The notes under the pieces were generated by a model. The model did no database searches, had not been told where the DNA came from, and saw only the letters and a list, made by a program, of their open reading frames with translations. The position numbers and the translations under genes are program-made. DNA of 64,000 nucleotides. It comes from a virus. Of this stretch, positions 10,428-18,033 are shown piece by piece. Positions within the stretch are counted from its first letter, which is position 1, and each line of letters starts with the position of its first letter. The DNA lies in IMG/VR virus record IMGVR_UViG_3300045988_127492, positions 64,001 through 128,000 of that record; one strand, written 5' to 3'.

Positions 10428-11189
10428 TTATTCAAAAATACTTCCACTAATGCCTAGTGCATCAGCTAGCAATGATTTCAGAGGTTCTGATGGATTCTGA
10501 TCGTTCAACCATCCTAAATAACTATCTGGAATATTGGAGAGTAGTTCTCCTTTATATTTGCCGAATGGCATAAGATATGTTTCTGGCGTAGGTTTGAACT
10601 CCTCAATAAGTTCTTCTACTTCAGTTTCATCAAAAGATACGGTCAAATCCTTTCTTGAAGCTAAGTAATCTGCTAAGTGAACTATCATCTGACCTTTTGT
10701 TTCTGGTAGTGGTAGGTCATCTTTGCTTCTTTTATCAGTATTCCACTGCCCCATGTGTGAGGCACAACAATCTGCAATATAATCTAATTCTTCATCTGGC
10801 AACCATTCATATCCCTTGTAAGCTTTTACTCTCTCAGCTATAAGTAAAGGATGTTTGAATAAAGTATACTGACTGCCATTACGTCCTAGTTTTTCATCAT
10901 CATGATTCATAATTGCCGTTCGTAATAAGTCTCTTTCCCTTGATGTGAACAGGTTCTTTATACAGTCAATAGCTAACATATGATTTAAAAATCTAGTTGC
11001 TCCTTTTACATGTTTGGCAAGTCCCATAAATCCAACTGTATAATCAGGGTGGTATTTATTCGTACTTGAAGCAGACACTTGCCAGAAATATGTAGGTGCA
11101 GTCTCTAATAATTCAATACAAAATTCTTGGATATCATCGTTTTCAAACAGCTCTAGCTCTTCCTTAAAAAATCTCTCTGCTAATGTCAT
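10428..11189 (-). CDS. HD-domain phosphohydrolase with C-terminal DUF3820-like tail
   Basis: 253 aa. YHPDY...NHDDEK...HLADYLA His/Asp pattern; C-terminal MPFGKYKGELLSNIPDSYLGWL. Confidence 0.5.
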   Translation of the reverse strand: MTLAERFFKEELELFENDDIQEFCIELLETAPTYFWQVSASSTNKYHPDYTVGFMGLAKHVKGATRFLNHMLAIDCIKNLFTSRERDLLRTAIMNHDDEKLGRNGSQYTLFKHPLLIAERVKAYKGYEWLPDEELDYIADCCASHMGQWNTDKRSKDDLPLPETKGQMIVHLADYLASRKDLTVSFDETEVEELIEEFKPTPETYLMPFGKYKGELLSNIPDSYLGWLNDQNPSEPLKSLLADALGISGSIFE

Positions 11190-12481
11190 ACAGCTTCCTC
11201 CTCAATAATTTCTTGTGCTTCTTCCATATCTGGTGCATCAGAGGAATCTTTGATCAATCCTTCAAGAACCTTGAAAGTGAAGTTCTTGTGTTTATAAGCT
11301 TTAAAGCTGCTTCTATTATCAATTCTTACAACTACACCTTCTCTAACATGTGTCGCTCCTATTGGATCAGGCCCGTCATAGTATTTCTCTACTCGAGCCA
11401 TTAAGTCTTCCTTAGTAGTAAACAAGAATTTGTCAAATTCAGGTACGTGTTCTACTGCTAAACGATTACACCAATTCTTTACTTCTTCCCACGGAATCTC
11501 TGTTACAACTCCGTCTTCATTGGTCATGGTCATTCTATAGACATAAATATCAGAAGTGCCTGGTGTACATCCATAAGAGAATATTGTTTCATCTCCGTAA
11601 AGTTTTCTAACCTCTTTATCTTTGATTTTAGTATTAGAGCAAGTTCCCATAATAGTCTGATCGGTTCCATCAACCCATCCTACTATTTCATAGAATATTT
11701 CCATTCCTTTAGGGAGTCTGCTAGAAAAGTAATCATGATATTTTTCTCTAAATTTATTAGATCCATAATATCCACCCTCATATTCTTCTAACACAACTCT
11801 TCTCGTACCAGAAACAGGCTTCCATCCTTTAATGATAGGTGCTGGTTTATGGAATAACTTCTGTAAGAAAGTTCTCTTGCCCTCAGTGACTTTAATAGAG
11901 TTTCCGGTACGACCTGATGTTCCATGCATTTTTAAAGTAATGTAGCAAGTGTCTCCTGGTTTAAAGGCATCAAGATTATAAGCTAATTGCTCTGTATCTA
12001 CATGTTCCATAAAATATGGGAAGTTGTCTTTTAGATTTTTACTTTTATGTTTTGGATAATTAGACTTTCTATGATTTGATTTAGGAATATATTTTTGACA
12101 GATAACAGTACCATCAAGTACAGTAATTTGATCGCCTAAAGATAATTCATCTACATTTGTCCATTTATTAAGGGATTCTACGGGTAATACTAATCCTTCT
12201 GATTTCTCACCTCGAAGTCTCATTGCTTTGATGTTTCTTTTTACAGGATCAAGATACCCACCTGTAGTTGTCCCATCTTCGTTTTTAATACGCAGTAAGT
12301 TGTTTTCTTTTGCAAATTCTTCACCAAGCTGTCCGTCAACCGGGAAGAACACAACTTTCTGCCCTTCGTAATAACTTAAATCAACAATAACCGTATTTCC
12401 AAAGACGGTCGCAAGCTGGAGCCTATCAGCATTGTTGTGTTTACGAAGTTGCTTTAGCTCAGTAATGTAAGCGCAATACAT
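11186..12481 (-). CDS. ATP-dependent RNA ligase (Rnl-type nucleotidyltransferase with N-terminal OB-like domain)
   Basis: 431 aa. Motif I LKMHGTS (KxxG lysine), FYEIVG, and motifs IV/V EGVVVR...AYKHK. Confidence 0.6.
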   Translation of the reverse strand: MYCAYITELKQLRKHNNADRLQLATVFGNTVIVDLSYYEGQKVVFFPVDGQLGEEFAKENNLLRIKNEDGTTTGGYLDPVKRNIKAMRLRGEKSEGLVLPVESLNKWTNVDELSLGDQITVLDGTVICQKYIPKSNHRKSNYPKHKSKNLKDNFPYFMEHVDTEQLAYNLDAFKPGDTCYITLKMHGTSGRTGNSIKVTEGKRTFLQKLFHKPAPIIKGWKPVSGTRRVVLEEYEGGYYGSNKFREKYHDYFSSRLPKGMEIFYEIVGWVDGTDQTIMGTCSNTKIKDKEVRKLYGDETIFSYGCTPGTSDIYVYRMTMTNEDGVVTEIPWEEVKNWCNRLAVEHVPEFDKFLFTTKEDLMARVEKYYDGPDPIGATHVREGVVVRIDNRSSFKAYKHKNFTFKVLEGLIKDSSDAPDMEEAQEIIEEEAV

Positions 12482-12636
12482 TAAGTATTGAATACCTCTT
12501 TCTCACTCATAATTCTTTTGCACAGACCAATTACATCTGTGTTACCTCCTTTTACTTCGTTGTATATTTGTGTAACCCCATAAAGTTTTCCTATGTGAAA
12601 ACCTTTATTGTATGTATCTGTAATTTTCTTTTTCAT
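12481..12636 (-). CDS. small hypothetical protein (51 aa)
   Basis: MKKKITDTYNKGFHIGKLYG... Its stop overlaps the ligase start as TAATG. Confidence 0.4.
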   Translation of the reverse strand: MKKKITDTYNKGFHIGKLYGVTQIYNEVKGGNTDVIGLCKRIMSEKEVFNT

Positions 12637-12647
12637 TCTCTTCTTAG

Positions 12648-12827
12648 TTATAAACACACGGTTCCTCCTACTGTTATATTTTCAACAGCTATGATAGTTG
12701 TTGTTGCAGAGATAAGAGCTATAATTATTAATAATATGAACCAATGCAATGTCTTCATTTTTATTTTTGCAGCAAATATCCCTAATACAGCCCAACATAC
12801 CAAGTTTAAAATTCGCATTGTACTCAT
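12648..12827 (-). CDS. small membrane protein (59 aa, two hydrophobic segments)
   Basis: MSTMRILNLVCWAVLGIFAAKIK...ILLIIIALISATTTIIAV. ATGA overlap with the upstream gene. Confidence 0.45.
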   Translation of the reverse strand: MSTMRILNLVCWAVLGIFAAKIKMKTLHWFILLIIIALISATTTIIAVENITVGGTVCL

Positions 12828-13057
12828 AAAGCACCCCCATCTCTTATATAATCTTCATATATAAAATCAGTTGTAGTTTCTATATCGTCGTGCAGTGTTT
12901 CTTCTGGGTAATAAACAAGAGAATCTATTATATAAGAAGTCATAACTAAATTTGATGCTTTACTGTCTGACAACTGATATTTTCTTTTTAATGTATCTTT
13001 TAATGCCTTAATATAGCTCTTGGCACTTTCTGTAAGTTTTAATGTGTCTGCTATCAT
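12824..13057 (-). CDS. hypothetical protein
   Basis: 77 aa, coupled at both ends. Confidence 0.5.
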   Translation of the reverse strand: MIADTLKLTESAKSYIKALKDTLKRKYQLSDSKASNLVMTSYIIDSLVYYPEETLHDDIETTTDFIYEDYIRDGGAL

Positions 13058-13791
13058 GCAATCCTCACAATCTGGTCATATAAAAGCAAATCTTTTGTTG
13101 TTATAGCTTTGCTGTCATGATAATGGCCAAACAGCCAACGTCCATAATCAACATTGCATTTTATTTCTTCAAAATAATCAGTTAATTTATCCGGTTTATA
13201 AAGTCCATGTGATAACAATGCTGCTGTAGAAGATGCAGTACAATGTGTGAGAATAAAATCTACTTTATTACCATTCTTTGCCAAGTTCCTTATGCCTTCA
13301 TCCATTTCATCCTGATTTGGCATTTCTCTTTCCCACCAAGATATATGATTGATTCGGTACATTTTATCTGGATCATCTCTCCATTCTTTTACTCTTGGAT
13401 CGTCAATCTCTAATACTCCATCTGAAATATCATGACTGGCAGCTCCACCAAAAGTAAAAAATTTTAAACCGTCTATATCAAATATCTGTCCTCTCATAAG
13501 ATGAATTATAGATGGCTTAATAAAATGTACCTTGCCACCATGCCATTCTTTTACCGGATAAGCATCTAATATATCGTAACATTCATGATTACCGTCAATA
13601 AAGAGTGTAGTAAAGTTTCTCTCTTCAAGCCAATTCAGATACCATCTCTGTTGTGGCGTATCTCTCCATATTCCAAAATCTCCAAGAACTATCACATAAT
13701 CATCTTTTGTCATTTCCTTTTGTTCTGGGAAAGAGTCCATATTGACTCTATGAACCCAATCCCCATGCGTATCTCCAGTTACCCAAATCAA
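13054..13791 (-). CDS. calcineurin-like metallophosphatase
   Basis: GDTHGD, GDFG, GNHE and GHYH motifs. I place the start at the TTG at 13791 (SD GGAGGTG upstream, overlapping the TGA of the upstream gene). The track's longer 13902 start would overlap that gene by more than 100 nt. Confidence 0.75.
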   Translation of the reverse strand: MIWVTGDTHGDWVHRVNMDSFPEQKEMTKDDYVIVLGDFGIWRDTPQQRWYLNWLEERNFTTLFIDGNHECYDILDAYPVKEWHGGKVHFIKPSIIHLMRGQIFDIDGLKFFTFGGAASHDISDGVLEIDDPRVKEWRDDPDKMYRINHISWWEREMPNQDEMDEGIRNLAKNGNKVDFILTHCTASSTAALLSHGLYKPDKLTDYFEEIKCNVDYGRWLFGHYHDSKAITTKDLLLYDQIVRIA

Positions 13792-14033
13792 TCCCACCAC
13801 CTCCAACAATATGTAGTGATTGAAAAACCAATAAGAAGAATTAAATAAGCAACAGGGATTGCAAACAACATTTTTATTAATGAAACTAATAAGATAGACC
13901 AATTAAATGTCTTAGTTGCCAGTGCGTCCAATATTCTTATTATAGAAAGAAGTAATAGTTTCCATCCGCCTACATACATAGCTCCAAAGACTCCACCTGC
14001 AGCAGAAATCCATCCTATAATTTGCTTAATCAC
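13788..14033 (-). CDS. small multi-pass membrane protein
   Basis: 81 aa, three hydrophobic segments. Confidence 0.55.
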   Translation of the reverse strand: MIKQIIGWISAAGGVFGAMYVGGWKLLLLSIIRILDALATKTFNWSILLVSLIKMLFAIPVAYLILLIGFSITTYCWRWWD

Positions 14034-14392
14034 TTAACTCCTCCTAAACTAACAATCCACTTTTTTACTTTTCCATTATCATAGGTTTTAGTGATTAGTG
14101 TAGCCTGAACAGTTTCACCAATTCTTCCATGGTACTTTTTATATGTATCTGAGTCTGTTAATGAATATTCAACACCATCATAATTAACAGTTATTTCGTA
14201 TTCAGCATAATCTGTGTATAATTGAGGTTTCCCAGCGATAAACGTAATATGACTTTCTTCTGGTTTATAGTATTCATTTGTAATAGTTGCCTTTACAGTT
14301 TCAGTTTTCTTATTAATACACTTAGTACATCCAGTTAATGTTGAAATGCTTACTAACAAGACTCCTAAAATGTTAATAAATTTCTTTTTCAT
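14030..14392 (-). CDS. lipoprotein (paralog of 46349-46705)
   Basis: 120 aa. Signal peptide with lipobox LTGC. Aligns along its length with the 118-aa ORF at 46349 (CINKK..., NEYYKPEE, YEITV.Y.G.EY, RIGETV, TKTYDNG). Confidence 0.7.
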   Translation of the reverse strand: MKKKFINILGVLLVSISTLTGCTKCINKKTETVKATITNEYYKPEESHITFIAGKPQLYTDYAEYEITVNYDGVEYSLTDSDTYKKYHGRIGETVQATLITKTYDNGKVKKWIVSLGGVK

Positions 14393-14577
14393 AGTTTTAT
14401 ACCTGTATTAGAACTTGGTGTTACATTAGTTAAAGTCCAATCTTTTTGATCTCCATAAGGATAAGGGCTATATTTTACAACATTATCCTCAGTAGTCTCT
14501 GTTCTTGTTGTTTCTTCAATAAGATGACCTTCCTTGTCATATTTCTTAGTTGTTTCAGTAACCGTAGTTTTTGTCAT
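14389..14577 (-). CDS. hypothetical protein (62 aa)
   Basis: Start moved to the ATG at 14577 (SD AAGGAGGA 4 nt upstream). The track's 14604 start is a GTG without an SD. Confidence 0.5.
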   Translation of the reverse strand: MTKTTVTETTKKYDKEGHLIEETTRTETTEDNVVKYSPYPYGDQKDWTLTNVTPSSNTGIKL

Positions 14578-14592
14578 ACTGTCCTCCTTATA

Positions 14593-14621
14593 TTGACAAA
14601 TCACCTCACCTAAAGTACAAT
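14593..14621 (+). promoter_or_regulatory. sigma70-type promoter on the plus strand (TTGACA-17 nt-TACAAT)
   Basis: Exact -35 at 14593-14598, a 17-nt spacer, and a -10 TACAAT at 14616-14621. It points into the only large gap on this side of the window. Confidence 0.55.
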
Positions 14622-14720
14622 ATACTTACCGGTCCCAGAGTGGATTCGGGTGAGGATCTTCTGAATGGGTAATGTGACATGGGACCGTTCCACACATTAT
14701 TTTTGAAGGAGGTGTTGCCT

Positions 14721-14861
14721 ATGGCAGCAGATATTATAACTATTCTTACTTGCTTTGGCCCTACATTACAATTTATAGCTATTAACGTTATCCTTGCCTT
14801 ACGCACCCACCTACTTCATTTACTGACGCAAAATACCTACACTACCGTCAATATGGTATAG
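14721..14861 (+). CDS. small hydrophobic peptide (46 aa) on the opposite strand; candidate type I toxin-like or membrane peptide
   Basis: MAADIITILTCFGPTLQFIAINVILALRTHLL... SD GAAGGAGGTG lies 6 nt before the ATG, about 93 nt downstream of the plus-strand promoter. Confidence 0.4.
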   Translation: MAADIITILTCFGPTLQFIAINVILALRTHLLHLLTQNTYTTVNMV

Positions 14862-14896
14862 ATCCACTGTTCTGTTACTATACGTTACCCTCATTC

Positions 14897-15862
14897 TTAT
14901 TTATTCTCAACAGTTGCTACATCATCAGATGTCAAATCACCTGCATCAATGATAGTCGCGGCATTTCCACCCTGTACTTTTGGCACACTACCATTCCACT
15001 TATCAATTTTCTGTTTTTCAATAAGTTCTGGAGTAAGTGATTCTGCAATCTTTTTATTTGCTTCCGCTTCGGCAGCGGCTTTAATACGTGTTGCTTCAGC
15101 TTTACCTTCGGCAGTGATCTTAGTCTGTTCTGCTTCAATAGCAGCTTTCTCTTTATCTTGCTCTGCCGCAATAAGAGCTACTTCTTTATCCTTATCAGCC
15201 TGTACTTTTGCAGTTTTTGCTTCAATGTTTGCAAGTTCCAATTCCTGCTGTGCATTTACTTTCTTCTGAATTGCTGCTTGAGTTTCATCATCAGTAGAAA
15301 TTGAAGTAAAGTTTACAGTGTCAATAATAATTCCGTATGGCTCAAACTTCTGTTTCAGGTATACATCGAGCGCCTCATTCAGTTCCTGTCTTTTATCTCC
15401 AAATACATCTGTAACTGGATATTTCGCTGTTACTTCCTGTGTCCAAGCTTTCATTTTAGGTTTAATAAAAGTATTCTTAACTGATTCTCCGGACTGGCCT
15501 TTAAACTGAGTAAATACATCAGTTACACGATCCTGATCAAACTTGTAAGAAAACTCTAAGTTCACAAGTAAAGATTTACCATCAGCTGTGGGGGTTTTAA
15601 AACTCTCATCTTTTGGGGAATCACCTTTATCTTCCGATGTCAGATAAGACTGTTCAATACCAATTGAATACAAAGAAGTACTAATTGTTGGTGAGATTAC
15701 ATGCCAACCTTGACTAAGAGTATCTCCACTGATACCACCATTTAAGTGATATTCAACTGCCACATAACCTGCCGGAACTCTCACACTACATTTTGCTACA
15801 CAAATCAATCCAGCTACAATTGCCACTGCTAATCCTACGCCGCCTAATAATCCTCTTTTCAT
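14897..15862 (-). CDS. SPFH/band-7 (prohibitin/HflC-like) membrane protein
   Basis: 321 aa. N-terminal TM helix, SPFH-like core, Ala/Glu/Lys-rich coiled coil (AAIEAEQTKITAEGKAEATRIKAAAEAEA). Confidence 0.7.
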   Translation of the reverse strand: MKRGLLGGVGLAVAIVAGLICVAKCSVRVPAGYVAVEYHLNGGISGDTLSQGWHVISPTISTSLYSIGIEQSYLTSEDKGDSPKDESFKTPTADGKSLLVNLEFSYKFDQDRVTDVFTQFKGQSGESVKNTFIKPKMKAWTQEVTAKYPVTDVFGDKRQELNEALDVYLKQKFEPYGIIIDTVNFTSISTDDETQAAIQKKVNAQQELELANIEAKTAKVQADKDKEVALIAAEQDKEKAAIEAEQTKITAEGKAEATRIKAAAEAEANKKIAESLTPELIEKQKIDKWNGSVPKVQGGNAATIIDAGDLTSDDVATVENK

Positions 15863-16020
15863 TAATCTTCTTTCTCCTTTTTATCATCTCTTGTAATTTC
15901 GTCATAAGCATCATCCCAAAGCTTTTTTAAAATTCTACCAAGAGGATAGAACACCCCAGCTAAAAGGAACCATAATGCAATAGCTGCTAATATTACTAAA
16001 AATATAAATACCGGATTCAT
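15862..16020 (-). CDS. small membrane protein (52 aa) coupled to the SPFH gene
   Basis: MNPVFIFLVILAAIALWFLLAGVFYPLG... TAATG overlap with the SPFH start. This is the position where NfeD-like partners of SPFH proteins sit. Confidence 0.45.
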   Translation of the reverse strand: MNPVFIFLVILAAIALWFLLAGVFYPLGRILKKLWDDAYDEITRDDKKEKED

Positions 16021-16030
16021 ATTCTCTCCT

Positions 16031-16282
16031 TTATAATTCGATGCCTTCCATAACAGCTCTAGCTTCTAAGATAGCTAAATAATTTGCCATAGCATCAATC
16101 TGAATGTTATATGTACTCCTTGGGCATATCGGCTCAAAGTTAAGAGTTCCATTGTCCCATCTGAAGAGTATAGACTGTAGGCTTCTGAATCTAATCATTA
16201 ACTGATAATACTCAGCTTTGAATCTCTCTTTATAATCTGGGCTAACCATCATTTCTGTTGTTTCTTTTAATGTTTTTACCAT
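16031..16282 (-). CDS. hypothetical protein
   Basis: Start moved to MVKTLKE at 16282 (SD AAGGAGA 8 nt upstream). Confidence 0.5.
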   Translation of the reverse strand: MVKTLKETTEMMVSPDYKERFKAEYYQLMIRFRSLQSILFRWDNGTLNFEPICPRSTYNIQIDAMANYLAILEARAVMEGIEL

Positions 16283-16283
16283 G

Positions 16284-16442
16284 CTATTTATCTCCTTTAT
16301 GTTCTTTAATATCATTTACGAGTGTCCAAGTGAAAAAGATTACCAACATGAAACAAAGTAAATTTTTATAAGTAATAAGATCTACTAATGATATTGCTAT
16401 AAAAATAGCATCAAGGATGATAAAAAATTTGTCAAACTTCAT
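16284..16442 (-). CDS. small membrane protein (52 aa)
   Basis: MKFDKFFIILDAIFIAISLVDLITYKNLLCFMLVIFFTW... Confidence 0.4.
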   Translation of the reverse strand: MKFDKFFIILDAIFIAISLVDLITYKNLLCFMLVIFFTWTLVNDIKEHKGDK

Positions 16443-16878
16443 TTAATTCATCCCTTACTCTCATAAGTATCTTCCCAAGCCTATTTTCTCCAACTCCATC
16501 TACGGTTCCCCAAATGGCATCTCCCCAAGTATTACCCTCTTCCAGGTGCTCGTCACCTGTGGCAAGTAATTTTTCCTTAAGGTCTGGATTCTGAGTAAAT
16601 TTAGCCAGTACGATTTCATACATTACTTTATCTTTTACTTCTTCCCAATCTGATCTCAAATCAATCTTTCTACCTACTGCCTTTGCCTCTGATGGACTAG
16701 CTTGAGAAAATAACTGGAATTTTAGTCTACGATTTTTTGTTTTCTGTGCTTGAAAAGCTGCTTCATTATTTGTATAGTCCCATCCGTTATAACTTACCGG
16801 TGCCATATAAAAGTTACTTAAAAAGTAATAATCTCCAGTAAAACTATTAATCATTCTTTCTCCTTCCCTAATAATCAC
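16432..16878 (-). CDS. NADAR (YbiA/DUF1768) domain protein
   Basis: 148 aa. FLSNFY..., NNEAAFQAQK and GDAIWG signature blocks. Confidence 0.75.
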   Translation of the reverse strand: MIIREGERMINSFTGDYYFLSNFYMAPVSYNGWDYTNNEAAFQAQKTKNRRLKFQLFSQASPSEAKAVGRKIDLRSDWEEVKDKVMYEIVLAKFTQNPDLKEKLLATGDEHLEEGNTWGDAIWGTVDGVGENRLGKILMRVRDELNEV

Positions 16879-17050
16879 TACAAGTTACTGTTAAACTTAC
16901 GAATCCATCATCTTGTTCAAAAGATGCCATAAGCTCATCTTTTACCAATTCTTCTACTATGTCTCTATCAGTTATTTTTACTCCAATCAATTCAGGATCA
17001 GTCAAGTTGTATTCAGCTTCTACAGTGATCACTCTTTTTGTTGGTATCAA
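16868..17050 (-). CDS. hypothetical protein; its true start is probably the ATG at 17136 (frame break in an A-run)
   Basis: The track start is a TTG without an SD. The same frame stays open 43 codons upstream to a strong SD (AAGGAGG, 7-nt spacing) and an ATG that is 1 nt out of frame (ATG AAA TAA). Confidence 0.5.
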   Translation of the reverse strand: MIPTKRVITVEAEYNLTDPELIGVKITDRDIVEELVKDELMASFEQDDGFVSLTVTCSDY

Positions 17051-17198
17051 AATTTCTTTCTCACATGCATCATCAATTGGTTTATTTAATATTCTTTTTC
17101 CTCTTTGCGTAATACCACCTCCATATTTTATTTCATTGTTTAACCTCCTTAAGTGTAGGTGAGGAATTGAACCTCACCTTAACCTTTTGTTACTACAC

Positions 17199-17282
17199 TT
17201 ATTTTCTTTTCCCTACAAAGAACCCAACTAAAAAACAGGTTAATAAGCATACCGCAAACACGCCTATATTCAACACTATCAT
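17199..17282 (-). CDS. tiny hydrophobic peptide (27 aa)
   Basis: MIVLNIGVFAVCLLTCFLVGFFVGKRK. Its ATG overlaps the PspA stop. Followed by a GC-rich 8-bp hairpin at 17157-17179. Confidence 0.3.
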   Translation of the reverse strand: MIVLNIGVFAVCLLTCFLVGFFVGKRK

Positions 17283-17283
17283 T

Positions 17284-18033
17284 TTATTTGCCTTTCTTTG
17301 CCTTTAATTCCTGCAACTTTTTATCAATTTCATCATCTTTCATTTTCTTATCCAGACGCTGTTTCTGTACAATAGTAGAACTTTCATAGACGATCCTAGC
17401 TCCATCAGCAGCTTCTTTCTGCTTTTTAACTCCGTCACGTATTTTCTCTAACATCTTTTCTTCTTCACTGGAACATACTCCTGGCGTTACATTAAAAGCT
17501 TTTGATGCCTGAGCAGTCTCCAAAGTTAAAACAGCACTTTCTTTTTCTGCTTTTAAATCATTAAGTTGCTGCTGTAATACTTCTACTTTTTCTTTCTGTA
17601 CATCAGCATTTTCTTTCCATTCTTTTAATGTACTCTTAATAAAATCAATCTTATCATTCAGCTCCTGTTGTTCTTTTAAGTAGACTTTTGCCGCTTCGTC
17701 ATCTCCTCGATCCACACAAACATTTACATTTACATCTGCTTTCATGGCATCTTTCTTCAAATGGAACAAATCATCTTCATAATTAGAAATCTTACCAAGC
17801 ATCTGCTGATATCTTACATTTTCCTGCTGAAGTTCATCTTCTTTTTTCTCAATAGCGGCATTATAATATGCTTTAGCTCCTTCAGGTGTAGACGCATCTT
17901 TCTGAATCGCTTCGTTTGCCGTGCCAGATGCTCTTATCCTTACTCTTTTTCCAATTTTACTATTAAAAAAGAAACAAAGTCCTACGAGTACTAAAATAAC
18001 AATTATAATAATTGCTCCAGCTGTAATATTCAT
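17284..18033 (-). CDS. PspA/IM30 (ESCRT-III-like) protein with N-terminal TM anchor
   Basis: 249 aa. TM helix followed by a long heptad coiled coil typical of PspA/IM30 (AYYNAAIEKKEDELQQ...LNDLKAEKESAVLTLETAQA). Confidence 0.65.
   Translation of the reverse strand: MNITAGAIIIIVILVLVGLCFFFNSKIGKRVRIRASGTANEAIQKDASTPEGAKAYYNAAIEKKEDELQQENVRYQQMLGKISNYEDDLFHLKKDAMKADVNVNVCVDRGDDEAAKVYLKEQQELNDKIDFIKSTLKEWKENADVQKEKVEVLQQQLNDLKAEKESAVLTLETAQASKAFNVTPGVCSSEEEKMLEKIRDGVKKQKEAADGARIVYESSTIVQKQRLDKKMKDDEIDKKLQELKAKKGK

Noticed and set aside
13792-13902. N-terminal extensions of several track ORFs (13792-13902, 26765-26857, 32491-32553, 51952-52014, 54437-54499, 60563-60586, 16283-16315, 14578-14604)
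   Set aside because: Each extension overlaps the preceding gene or a tRNA, while an internal ATG/TTG with a good SD sits right at the upstream stop codon. The shorter models were preferred.
14606-14806. Minus-strand 66-aa ORF in the gap after the SPFH gene
   Set aside because: It has no SD and odd composition, and it is overlapped by a better-supported plus-strand promoter/SD/ORF and by paired helices. The region is treated as non-coding on the minus strand.
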